Origin: Candidatus Daviesbacteria bacterium
GTDB taxonomy: Bacteria; Patescibacteriota; Microgenomatia; Daviesbacterales; UBA10151
Length of the DNA: 64,000 bases
NCBI GenBank assembly: GCA_016432425.1
Contig: CP066688.1
Span: 578,619 to 642,618, forward strand
Direction of reading: 5' to 3'
The notes below the pieces were generated by a model that worked only from the letters and a program-made list of their open reading frames with translations, did not search any database and had not been told where the DNA came from. Within the stretch, counting starts at the first letter, position 1, and every line of letters starts with the position of its first letter. The position numbers were made by a program, and so were the translations under genes. Shown piece after piece: positions 1 to 8,811 of the stretch.

Positions 1-88
1 ACCCGCTAACTTGCGTGGTGAGAGGTTGTGGTAGAGTGTTGGATGATTTAGATTTGTTGGCTAAAGTTAAAGTAACCGGAGGATTGCG

Positions 89-700
89 TTAAGAGAGTGA
101 GGCCATAGCTATTCCGTATTCTTCAGGGGTGATAAAACACCTTTGTTTGTAATAGTCCATTAAATCTTTTAAAGTATAGGCTGCATGAAGTGTATATCCT
201 CTTTCTGCCAAGGTTTCTCTACCGCCTTGTTCTCGGTCAATAATGGTGGCTACATCGCGAATTACTAAGCCAGCTCTTTCCAATATTTCCGCAGCTCTTA
301 AGATACTGCCCCCAGTGGTAACTACATCATCAATCAAAAGTACTATTTCTCCTACTTCATAATAACCTTCAATAACAGCTCCTAATCCATGTATCTTGCG
401 ATTGATCCGGGGGGTAATTTGTGGGGTCCTCAGACGATCACAGAGAGAAGATACAAAAGTAGTAGCACCAGTGGGCACATCAGCTATGGAATCAAATTCT
501 AAAGGTGCTACTAGATCTGCTAAAACCCCCACCACTTGGGTTTTATCTTCTGGGAAAGATGGCAAGCGACGCAGATTAGCATAAACTCGTGAACGCAGGC
601 CACTGGATAATAAAACAGGATCTCCAACTCCGATGCAACCTCGATCAAAAAGACATTCAGCTAATACTTGCCGATCCGCTGGGATTATTTCAGTCTCCAT
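89..700 (-). CDS. pyrE: Orotate phosphoribosyltransferase (OPRTase). The ORF track extends to 796, but an internal Met at 700 gives a typical ~203 aa length.
   Basis: PRTase signature VLLIDDVVTTGGS. N-terminal LFDRGCIGVGDPVLLSSGLRSRVY matches the OPRTase PRPP-binding region. Confidence 0.75.
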   Translation of the reverse strand: METEIIPADRQVLAECLFDRGCIGVGDPVLLSSGLRSRVYANLRRLPSFPEDKTQVVGVLADLVAPLEFDSIADVPTGATTFVSSLCDRLRTPQITPRINRKIHGLGAVIEGYYEVGEIVLLIDDVVTTGGSILRAAEILERAGLVIRDVATIIDREQGGRETLAERGYTLHAAYTLKDLMDYYKQRCFITPEEYGIAMASLS

Positions 701-737
701 TTCAAATTTAAAATGACTATAGTCTTTCAAAAATTCT

Positions 738-1565
738 TTGTCAAGAACAAAAATTAATGGTATATTGATCGGGATTATGTCTAAGGCTGTGCCCAATCTT
801 CAATTACTCTTAACTTTGATCCTGTCTTCATTGTTGATTTTGGGGTTAGACTTGTTGGGCTGGCTGAATTTACCTAAAACAGGTTTGTTTTATTTAACTA
901 ACCCTATTTCCCTGCAACTTTTTAAAACCCGCCAAGTAATTTCCCAACAATTTAACTTTGTATTTACGGCCCGTTTTGCCTCTAAAGAAAATGTGGCTTT
1001 AAAAAAACAATTGGGAGATTTACTGCTGGAAAATGCCACTTTGCGCCAGAGCTTGGCCGAGACCCAGGCTCTAGTGGATCAGCAGGAAACTTTTTCTCCT
1101 CAAACCTATAATTTAATTGCTGCCCGTCCCATTGGGCTGTCCCGTTATTTATTAATTGATAAAGGCAGCAGTGATGGGGTGAAAGAGGGTAAGGCTGTGG
1201 TTTTTAAAAATAATTTATTGGGAAAAGTAATTTCCGCCTCTACCAAAAGTGCTAATGTAGAACTTATTACTGACCCGGATTTTAAACTGTCAGCTTTTTC
1301 GCTAAACACAGAGGGTAAAGCCAGGGGAATTGTCTCGGGCCAGTTTGGGACCTATCTGCTAATGGATAAAATTCTCCACAACGAGCCGGCGGAAAAGGAT
1401 GATCTAATTTATTCTGAAGGCTTGGAAAGTTATTTGCCCCGGGGATTGATTTTAGGCTCCGTCACTGAAATTATATCAGTGCCCAACCAAGTTTTTAAAC
1501 AAGCTAAAGTTGAGCCGGTCTTTGATGTTAAAAACTTAGATTTGATTTTTGTGGTCAGTGATTAA
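738..1565 (+). CDS. mreC: Rod shape-determining protein MreC. The start may be the downstream Met at 777.
   Basis: N-terminal TM helix, coiled coil (LLENATLRQSLAETQALVDQ), and a beta domain with SSDGVKEGKAVV..LGKVI..SANVELITDPDF. Followed by an mreD-like gene and PBP2. Confidence 0.7.
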   Translation: MSRTKINGILIGIMSKAVPNLQLLLTLILSSLLILGLDLLGWLNLPKTGLFYLTNPISLQLFKTRQVISQQFNFVFTARFASKENVALKKQLGDLLLENATLRQSLAETQALVDQQETFSPQTYNLIAARPIGLSRYLLIDKGSSDGVKEGKAVVFKNNLLGKVISASTKSANVELITDPDFKLSAFSLNTEGKARGIVSGQFGTYLLMDKILHNEPAEKDDLIYSEGLESYLPRGLILGSVTEIISVPNQVFKQAKVEPVFDVKNLDLIFVVSD

Positions 1566-1573
1566 TTTAAAAA

Positions 1574-2020
1574 ATGAAAGCCTTAATTTTAATTTTACTA
1601 ATCAGCACTTTTTTACAAACTACCATTTGGCCGCTGGAGTTTGCTTTGATAATTATTTTAATTAGAGCGGCCATCAAACCCGGTCCGGAAAATTTGTATT
1701 TAAGTTTTGGCTTTGGAGTTCTGCTAGCCCATCTGCTACTCCTGCCTTTAGGGTCTTTAAGTTTGCTTTATCTAGTTTTGGTAATGAGTATTTCTTTGAT
1801 TTTAAAAAGATGGCATTCGGAGCATCCCTTAATTTTAATTCTTTTGGTTTTGTCTGGCCTACTGATTAATGATTTAGCCTTTTCTGTAATAATCAAAAGT
1901 TGGAATGTATCATTTGCTAAATTAGCAGTAGAGGCTTTTTTAATACTACCTATCTATATAATGGTGAAATTTTTGGAGGAAAGATTCATTGTCAAATCTG
2001 AGATTAAATTAAAATTCTAA
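1574..2020 (+). CDS. mreD: Rod shape-determining protein MreD-like small polytopic membrane protein
   Basis: 148 aa and highly hydrophobic. Sits in the conserved mreC-mreD-mrdA order. Confidence 0.5.
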   Translation: MKALILILLISTFLQTTIWPLEFALIIILIRAAIKPGPENLYLSFGFGVLLAHLLLLPLGSLSLLYLVLVMSISLILKRWHSEHPLILILLVLSGLLINDLAFSVIIKSWNVSFAKLAVEAFLILPIYIMVKFLEERFIVKSEIKLKF

Positions 2021-2022
2021 AG

Positions 2023-3915
2023 ATGAATAAAAGCAAGCGCTCCCTGGGGTTAGGTTTTAAAGACCAAATAGAAAAAATTACCCGCCAGAGTAAGCAAAGC
2101 TTCTCTGCGGGTAAAATAAAAACTTACGAGTTAGATGATAGTTGGAAGGATTTATTTTTAGTTAATTTCCAGCCGCCTCAACACGACCCTGATCTAATTG
2201 AAAGGAGTTGGAGGCCGGTGGTTTTTTTGAGTTTAACCTTGATTCTATTTTTTATTTTATTTTTGCGGTTGTTTCATCTGCAAGTAGTAGAAGGAGGGGC
2301 TAACCGGGAGTTGGCAAACAGCAATAGAGTGCAAATTAAAGTAATCCACAGCCCGCGGGGCATCATTTATGACCGCAACGGCAAAATTTTAGCTGCTAAT
2401 TCTCCGGGTTTTAGGTTGGTGGATACGAAGTCAAAAAAAGCTACCATCCTGACTCGGGATGAAGCTTTGGCCTTGGAGGTAAGTTCCGACCCACGGGCTG
2501 ATAGTTTAGAAATAGACTCCATCCGCAGTTATTCTTACAAAGAAACGGCAGCTCACCTTTTAGGTTATGTGGGACAAATTTCTCCGGATCAACTTAAAAG
2601 TCCCCGCTTTGCTGATTATAAAATAACTGATCGGGTGGGACAGGCTGGTTTGGAAAGTTATTATGAGAGTTTGCTGCGTGGTAAGGACGGGGGGGAAATC
2701 ATCGAAGTAGATAGTTTGGGGCGGAAACTGCGGACTATTCGCACCGTTGCCCCCCTTCCCGGCCAAGACCTTCATTTAACCATTGATATTGATTTGCAAA
2801 CTGTTACCTCCCACAAGTTAAAAGAAGCGGCAGCCAAAGCCGGTAGCTGCTGTGGGGCGGTGGTGGTAGAAGATCCGCAAACCGGCCAGATTTTAAGTTT
2901 AGTAAGTTGGCCTTCATATGATAATAATTTGTTTACCACCGGCACTAATGATCAAGCCATTGGGGAGCTCCTCACCCGGTCTGATTCCCCAATTTTAAAC
3001 CGGGCCATTGGCGGCACCTATCCGCCGGGTTCCACTTTTAAAATTATCACCTCCATCGCGGCTTTAACTTCCGGCAAAATTACTCCCCAGACCAGTTTCG
3101 AAGATACCGGTGAAATTTATTTGGGAGCCTTTAAATTTACTAACTGGTATTTTACCCAGTACGGAAAAACGGAAGGACCGCTAAATTTGGTCAAAGCGCT
3201 GCAGCGTTCCAATGACATTTATTTTTACCGGGCGGGCCAAGTTTTGGGGGAAAAGCCAATTATTGAGTGGGCCAGGAAATTAAGATTAGGAGGGAAGCTG
3301 GGAATTGATTTGCCTGGTGAGGTGAATGGATTGGTGCCAGATGAGAATTGGAAAAAAAGTGTGGTGGGAGAGGTTTGGTTCCCGGGGGACACACTACATT
3401 TGGCTATTGGCCAGGGATATTTATTAACTACTCCCTTGCAGGTTTTGGGATTTTCCTCATATGTGGCTAATAATGGGAATTTGATGCAGCCCAAGCTGCT
3501 GCTTAATAATTTTAAACCAGTAAGTTTGGTCAATGAACAAGTTCGTGGCTTCGCCACTAAAATTATTTCCCCGGAACAGTTAAAAACTATTCAAACAGGG
3601 CTTTCTTTAGTACCCAAAGATGGGGGAACAGCCTGGCCCTTTTTTTCTTTCCCCATTCCTACTGCAGGTAAAACCGGAACAGCGGAATTTGGTGATGCCA
3701 AAGGTAGAACCCATGCTTGGTATACTGCCTATGGACCACTGCCCAATCCCAAGATTGCGGCCACAGTTTTGGTGGAAGCGGCAGGGGAGGGGTCCAGTAT
3801 TGCCGCGCCAATAGTTAAAGAAATCTTCCGCTGGTATTTTTCCCCGGATAAAAATAAATTAATTTTAGATCAATACGCAGTTGCCACAGAAAGCGCCCGG
3901 ACTTTAGGGGAATAA
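2023..3915 (+). CDS. mrdA: Penicillin-binding protein 2 (peptidoglycan D,D-transpeptidase)
   Basis: N-terminal TM anchor and PBP dimerisation domain. Transpeptidase motifs STFK (SxxK), SND (SxN) and KTG. Confidence 0.85.
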   Translation: MNKSKRSLGLGFKDQIEKITRQSKQSFSAGKIKTYELDDSWKDLFLVNFQPPQHDPDLIERSWRPVVFLSLTLILFFILFLRLFHLQVVEGGANRELANSNRVQIKVIHSPRGIIYDRNGKILAANSPGFRLVDTKSKKATILTRDEALALEVSSDPRADSLEIDSIRSYSYKETAAHLLGYVGQISPDQLKSPRFADYKITDRVGQAGLESYYESLLRGKDGGEIIEVDSLGRKLRTIRTVAPLPGQDLHLTIDIDLQTVTSHKLKEAAAKAGSCCGAVVVEDPQTGQILSLVSWPSYDNNLFTTGTNDQAIGELLTRSDSPILNRAIGGTYPPGSTFKIITSIAALTSGKITPQTSFEDTGEIYLGAFKFTNWYFTQYGKTEGPLNLVKALQRSNDIYFYRAGQVLGEKPIIEWARKLRLGGKLGIDLPGEVNGLVPDENWKKSVVGEVWFPGDTLHLAIGQGYLLTTPLQVLGFSSYVANNGNLMQPKLLLNNFKPVSLVNEQVRGFATKIISPEQLKTIQTGLSLVPKDGGTAWPFFSFPIPTAGKTGTAEFGDAKGRTHAWYTAYGPLPNPKIAATVLVEAAGEGSSIAAPIVKEIFRWYFSPDKNKLILDQYAVATESARTLGE

Positions 3916-3961
3916 GTTTTATTTTGGTCAAGTGGAAATCGTGAACTCTTAAATCTATTGC

Positions 3962-3997
3962 TTGACAAAATATTCACGATCGTGAACAAAATGAATT
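3962..3997 (+). promoter_or_regulatory. Promoter/operator for the regulator: TTGACA -35 box (3962-3967) followed by the 14-bp perfect palindrome TTCACGATCGTGAA (3973-3986)
   Basis: Read directly from the sequence. The palindrome is its own reverse complement and ends 11 bp before the ATG at 3998. Confidence 0.5.
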
Positions 3998-4501
3998 ATG
4001 GATAAGAAAAAGAGTCTAACGAATTTTATTCTTTTAGTTTTAGAAAAAACTGTTGATGGAATAGTGAGATACGATGATTTGATCCATCACACTCATCAAT
4101 ATGCTTGGAGTGGTGGTTGGAAAAAGCCATTAAAAAAATCAGAGTTATCCCAGGCCTTAAAAAGGCTAAGAGAAAATAGATTAATAGATTTGATTGATGA
4201 TAAAAATCTGATTTACAGATTAACTGATTCTGGAAAGGATAAAGCTTTGTGGACAAAAATGAGATTTGAGGAAGAAAAGTGGGATGGAAAATGGCGGCTT
4301 GTGATTTGGGATATTCCTGAAAAAAGAAGAGTTGCAAGGGATCTATTAAGACACAAGCTAAAATTTTTAGGATTTACCCAATTACAAAGGAGTATTTGGA
4401 TGACAAAGAAAAATTGTACGAAACTTTTAAGAGATTTTATTAAAGAAGTAGGAATCAAAGATTGGGTTAGAGTAGTAGAGACAACTGACATTGAATTATA
4501 A
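3998..4501 (+). CDS. Winged-helix transcriptional regulator with a C-terminal Cas2/VapD-like (PaaX-C-like) domain
   Basis: C-terminal WRLVIWDIPEKRRVARDLLRHKLKFLGFTQLQRSIW follows the Cas2 pattern (hhh-YD-h..kRR..h.k.L..hG.R.Q.S-VF). The N-terminal ~80 aa is wHTH-like. A perfect palindrome sits immediately upstream. Confidence 0.45.
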   Translation: MDKKKSLTNFILLVLEKTVDGIVRYDDLIHHTHQYAWSGGWKKPLKKSELSQALKRLRENRLIDLIDDKNLIYRLTDSGKDKALWTKMRFEEEKWDGKWRLVIWDIPEKRRVARDLLRHKLKFLGFTQLQRSIWMTKKNCTKLLRDFIKEVGIKDWVRVVETTDIEL

Positions 4502-4510
4502 TCAAAATGT

Positions 4511-4546
4511 TTTCGATCGTAAACAAAATGAATTTTAAATTATAAT
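4511..4546 (+). promoter_or_regulatory. Second copy of the operator module (TTTCGATCGTAAACAAAATGAATT) followed by TATAAT (4541-4546), upstream of dprA
   Basis: 21 of 22 bp match the segment upstream of the regulator (CGATCGTRAACAAAATGAATT), plus a canonical -10 hexamer. Confidence 0.45.
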
Positions 4547-4577
4547 AGATAGTAGTGGAAGATAGATTATGAATTAA

Positions 4578-5654
4578 ATGAATAATGTTGCTTATTTATT
4601 AGTTTTGCATTCTGTAGATGGATTGGGGCCGGTGAGGCTTAAAAAGGTTTTGGACCATTTTGGGCAGGCTCGAAATGCTTGGGAAGCAAAAGGTAGCGAA
4701 CTTTTGGGCATGGGCATCCCCCAAAATACAGTGGAAAAATTTTTGGCTACCCGTAAAAATTTAGATCCGGAAAAGTATTTAACATCTGTCCAAAAATCCG
4801 GGATCAAATGGAAAACTATTTTTGATGAAGATTATCCTTATCTTTTAAAACAAATTTATGATCCGCCCATTTTATTTTATTATTGGGGAGAGTTTACTGC
4901 TGCTGACAGAAAAGCTATTGCCGTAGTAGGTACCAGAAAAATGACCGGTTATGGCAAATTAGTGACGGAACGTTTTACCGAAAATTTGGTCTTAGCAGGG
5001 TTAACCATTGTTTCAGGTTTGGCCCGGGGAGTAGATAGCATTGCCCATCGGACTGCCCTAAAAAATGGCGGCCGGACTATTGCGGTTTTAGGTGGGGGGT
5101 TCAACAAAATTTTCCCACCGGAAAATGACAAATTGGCTAAGGAAATTGCTGAGGGCCATGGAGTAGTATTGAGTGAATTTCCTCCAGACTGCCCTTCAGT
5201 GGCCGGTAACTTCCCTGCCCGCAACCGGATTATTTCCGGACTAACTCAAGCTACTTTAGTGACTGAAGCTGCTGTTGATAGCGGTTCTTTAATCACTGCC
5301 CGCCTGGCTTTGGAACAAGGCCGGGAAGTTTTTGCTGTCCCCGGGCCCATTACTTCAGAGCTATCTCGTGGCCCCTTGGATTTAATTAAAGAAGGGGCCA
5401 GACCTATTTTTGAACCAAGTGAAATTTTAGAAGAACTGGGTATAACCGGTAAAGCTCAGAGTCCTGTAGAAATTACAGATTTAACAGAGGTAGAAAAACA
5501 GATTTTAAATATTTTGCAAAATGACCAAAAACATATTGACGAGATTTGTCAGATTTTGGGAGTTCCGGTCGCAGGTATTTCAGGGGAGCTTTTGAAAATG
5601 GAAATTAAGGGTCTAATTAGAAATTTAGGGGCAGGGATATATTGTGGTAACTAG
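4578..5654 (+). CDS. dprA: DNA processing protein A (DprA/Smf), DNA-uptake and RecA-loading mediator
   Basis: DprA Rossmann-like core GLARGVDSIAHRTALKNGGRTIAVLGGG. 358 aa with a C-terminal wH extension. Confidence 0.85.
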   Translation: MNNVAYLLVLHSVDGLGPVRLKKVLDHFGQARNAWEAKGSELLGMGIPQNTVEKFLATRKNLDPEKYLTSVQKSGIKWKTIFDEDYPYLLKQIYDPPILFYYWGEFTAADRKAIAVVGTRKMTGYGKLVTERFTENLVLAGLTIVSGLARGVDSIAHRTALKNGGRTIAVLGGGFNKIFPPENDKLAKEIAEGHGVVLSEFPPDCPSVAGNFPARNRIISGLTQATLVTEAAVDSGSLITARLALEQGREVFAVPGPITSELSRGPLDLIKEGARPIFEPSEILEELGITGKAQSPVEITDLTEVEKQILNILQNDQKHIDEICQILGVPVAGISGELLKMEIKGLIRNLGAGIYCGN

Positions 5655-5679
5655 TCTCCATCTGTTAAAATAAAGGTTA

Positions 5680-6042
5680 ATGCGTTTATCCAGATCAATA
5701 TTGGTGGTTTTGGTATTAATGGTTATTTTGGGAGCCTCGGCCATTATTTATATTAAAAATTCTAACAACAATACTTATAAACCGGGAATTTGGCCGGAGG
5801 CAGACCAAGCAGTGGCACAAGCTCAGTATATTTATAACCAAACTAAAGAGCGGGGAGTAGATTTTAAAAGTGGACCTTGTTTATCTAATGCTTTAATCCC
5901 GGGTTGGGTGCTGGACTTATCTCACAGTCCCCGGGAAGCAGTAGATAACTTACCGGAAAATCAATGTAGGGCATATTTAGAAGGTACGGCTAAACATTTT
6001 ATCGAAATGGATCTGCAGGGGAATTTACTGCGGGTGAAGTAG
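5680..6042 (+). CDS. Hypothetical small membrane protein
   Basis: N-terminal TM helix, two Cys. No recognisable family. Confidence 0.35.
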   Translation: MRLSRSILVVLVLMVILGASAIIYIKNSNNNTYKPGIWPEADQAVAQAQYIYNQTKERGVDFKSGPCLSNALIPGWVLDLSHSPREAVDNLPENQCRAYLEGTAKHFIEMDLQGNLLRVK

Positions 6043-6046
6043 TTTC

Positions 6047-6403
6047 ATGGCTAAATGGATTATCCTGACCCTGCTCTTTTTTTCTCCCACAGTAGTTTTT
6101 GCCAGCCCCAATTTAGATGCCATCAACCAGACGGTTTGTAACAGGTTTGAAGGTGATGTGGCCAAACTGGCAGGGATCATGGATGAAGTGAGATCTAGAA
6201 AAGGGATTACAGAAACCAGGGTGGCTTTTGGGGGGATTGATACCCAAATAAAGTTTGCGGACTATTGGGTGACATATGCGGCGGAGGCAATTGCTTACCA
6301 AAGAATCCAAAAATTCTCTTCCCAAAATGAGCTTAGATACAGCCTGGAAATTTTAAAGGGAAAAATTTTAAAAGCTAAAAATGAGGTAGGGAAGACTTTG
6401 TAG
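6047..6403 (+). CDS. Hypothetical secreted protein
   Basis: Signal-peptide-like N-terminus MAKWIILTLLFFSPTVVFASP. Confidence 0.35.
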   Translation: MAKWIILTLLFFSPTVVFASPNLDAINQTVCNRFEGDVAKLAGIMDEVRSRKGITETRVAFGGIDTQIKFADYWVTYAAEAIAYQRIQKFSSQNELRYSLEILKGKILKAKNEVGKTL

Positions 6404-6417
6404 GATAAGTCTATGTT

Positions 6418-6684
6418 ATGAGAAAGAAATTTTTTATCTTGGCAGGACTGATTTTACTCCTGGCAACAATTTTAACGATCGTAAATTTTGTTACCGGTAA
6501 AAAGGAGGATAGTTTGGTGAAGTCGGCATTTATACCACAAATTCCCTATTTGCAATCCAAACCATCTTCTATACCGTCTGCCGAGCCTGCCGCCCCTCAA
6601 ACTTTTCACTTTGACTCTTCCACAGACTTAAAAAAAGAATTAGATAGCATTAATCCTCAAGTTTTAGACAGTGATTTTGAGTGA
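6418..6684 (+). CDS. Hypothetical small membrane protein
   Basis: N-terminal TM helix. Contains an ACGATCGT octamer inside the coding sequence. Confidence 0.3.
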   Translation: MRKKFFILAGLILLLATILTIVNFVTGKKEDSLVKSAFIPQIPYLQSKPSSIPSAEPAAPQTFHFDSSTDLKKELDSINPQVLDSDFE

Positions 6685-6716
6685 TCTATTGACAACGAAG
6701 TTACAATTACCCCACA

Positions 6717-8738
6717 GTGGTTATGATGGATAATTTAGTAATTGTAGAAAGTCCGACTAAGGCCAGAACCCTGCAACGCTTTTTGGGAAACCAGTACCAG
6801 ATTGAAGCTTCTTTCGGCCATGTTCGGGATTTGCCCAAGGCAGATTTGGGAGTAGATGTGGAACACAATTTTGAGCCTCAATATATTATTCCTCGGGATA
6901 AAAGAAAAAAAGTTAATGAGCTAAAAAAACTAGCTAAAGAGGCCAAGACAATTTGGCTGGCTTCAGACCCTGACCGGGAAGGAGAGGCAATTGCCTGGCA
7001 CCTGGGAGAAGTGGTTAGTGACCAGGGAAAAGGGAAAAAGGAGTTTAAACGAGTAGTTTTTCATGAAATTACGGAAGAGGCTATTAAAGAAGCTTTTAAA
7101 CACCCCCGAGGGATTGATTTTAAATTAGTTGATGCCCAACAGGCCAGACGTGTTTTGGATCGGCTAGTGGGATACAAGCTTTCCCCCTTGCTTTGGCAAA
7201 AAGTCAAACGTGGGCTTTCAGCAGGAAGAGTCCAATCAGTAGCTCTGCGATTAATTGTTGAGCGGGAGAGGGAAATTGAAAAGTTTAAACCCGTGGAGTA
7301 TTGGGAAATAGAGGTAGAGTTAGAAAATGGACAAAAAAATACCTTTGTCGCTCAATTAATTGAGCGACATGGTAAAAAGCTGGAGATTAAAAATGAAAAA
7401 GAGGCCAGGGAACATGAGCAAAATTTGCAAAAAGCTTCCTATTCTGTCTCTAAAATTACCCAAAAGGAAGTCCACCGGTTTCCTTATCCGCCTTTTACCA
7501 CTTCCACCCTCCAGCAAACTGCAGCCAACCGTTTAGGTTTTTCGGCTAAAAAAACTATGATGTTGGCTCAAACTTTATATGAACATGGTTTGATTACTTA
7601 TATGAGAACTGATTCGGTTAATTTAAGCATCCCGGCAGTCTCTTCTGCCAGGGATTATATAAGTAAAAGTTTTGGCAAGGAGTATCTGCCAAAAACCGCT
7701 CGCGGTTTTAAAGCTAAATCTAAAAATGCCCAAGAAGCCCATGAGGCTATCCGTCCCACGGATGTTAAAAAGTTAAGTGCTAGCTTAAAACAGGGGGATT
7801 TAAACAGGGATCATGCCAGGCTTTATGATTTAATCTGGAAAAGGTTGGTAGCTTGCCAAATGAGTGAAGCGGTGATGGATCAAACATCAGTGGATGTCAG
7901 TGCCCTACCAGCGGGTCCTGCCGGCTCGCCGTCACCCGCATACTTATTAAGGGCTAGCGGTAGTATTGTCAAGTTTGATGGATGGTTAAAGTTGTATGGC
8001 AAATCGCAAGATGATGAAGAAAAAGAGACAGATGAAAAAATTCTGCCCGAGTTAAAAGAAGGAGAAAACCTTAATTTGCTAAAAATTACTCCTTCCCAGC
8101 ATTTTACTGAGCCTCCGGCTCGTTTTAGCGAGGCTGCCTTAATTAAAAAACTGGAGGAGTTGGGGATTGGTCGTCCTTCCACCTATGCTCCCATTTTGTC
8201 CACTTTAACTGAAAGGTTTTATGTTGAACGGGTAGAACGCCGTTTTATTCCCACTGCCTTGGGATTTGCCGTGACGGATTTTTTAGTTAAATACTTTTCC
8301 GATATTGTCGATTATTCTTTTACTGCCAAAATGGAAGACAGTCTGGATGAAATTTCCCGCGGGGAAACACGGTGGCAGCCGATTATGGCAGATTTTTATA
8401 CTCCTTTTGAGAAAAAAATTGAGGAAGTGGGGAAGGTGGCAGAGAAAGTCACCATGAAAATAGAACTGGCCGGGAAAACTTGTCCGGAGTGCGGCAAAGA
8501 TTTAATTGTCAAAATTGGCCGGTTCGGTAAATTCTTAGCTTGTGCCGGCTTTCCTGACTGTAAACATACCCAGTCTCTAGAAGAAAAAATTAATGCTCAA
8601 TGTCCGTTGGATAATGGGGAAATTGTGGTTAGGCACACCAAAAGAGGAAAAACTTTTTATGGTTGTAAAAATTGGCCGGTTTGCAAATTTGCCAGTTGGA
8701 CCAAACCCAAAGCAGAAAAAGAAAATTCTACTAGTTGA
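6717..8738 (+). CDS. topA: DNA topoisomerase I
   Basis: Toprim N-terminus (VIVESPTKARTLQRFLG), topoisomerase IA core, and C-terminal Zn-ribbon repeats (CPECG...CAGFPDCKH; CPLDNG...CKNWPVC). Confidence 0.9.
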   Translation: MVMMDNLVIVESPTKARTLQRFLGNQYQIEASFGHVRDLPKADLGVDVEHNFEPQYIIPRDKRKKVNELKKLAKEAKTIWLASDPDREGEAIAWHLGEVVSDQGKGKKEFKRVVFHEITEEAIKEAFKHPRGIDFKLVDAQQARRVLDRLVGYKLSPLLWQKVKRGLSAGRVQSVALRLIVEREREIEKFKPVEYWEIEVELENGQKNTFVAQLIERHGKKLEIKNEKEAREHEQNLQKASYSVSKITQKEVHRFPYPPFTTSTLQQTAANRLGFSAKKTMMLAQTLYEHGLITYMRTDSVNLSIPAVSSARDYISKSFGKEYLPKTARGFKAKSKNAQEAHEAIRPTDVKKLSASLKQGDLNRDHARLYDLIWKRLVACQMSEAVMDQTSVDVSALPAGPAGSPSPAYLLRASGSIVKFDGWLKLYGKSQDDEEKETDEKILPELKEGENLNLLKITPSQHFTEPPARFSEAALIKKLEELGIGRPSTYAPILSTLTERFYVERVERRFIPTALGFAVTDFLVKYFSDIVDYSFTAKMEDSLDEISRGETRWQPIMADFYTPFEKKIEEVGKVAEKVTMKIELAGKTCPECGKDLIVKIGRFGKFLACAGFPDCKHTQSLEEKINAQCPLDNGEIVVRHTKRGKTFYGCKNWPVCKFASWTKPKAEKENSTS

Positions 8739-8762
8739 CAAAAATTTGCCAGTTGATATTAT
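8735..8762 (+). promoter_or_regulatory. Sigma-70-like promoter TTGACA-16 bp-TATTAT, overlapping the topA stop codon and ~50 bp upstream of pyrG
   Basis: Hexamers read directly: TTGACA 8735-8740, TATTAT 8757-8762. Confidence 0.45.
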
Positions 8763-8811
8763 AGTGAGGGCCTCAAAAATTCCTCTAGTTTAGACGGAAC
8801 CCCCAAAGTAC

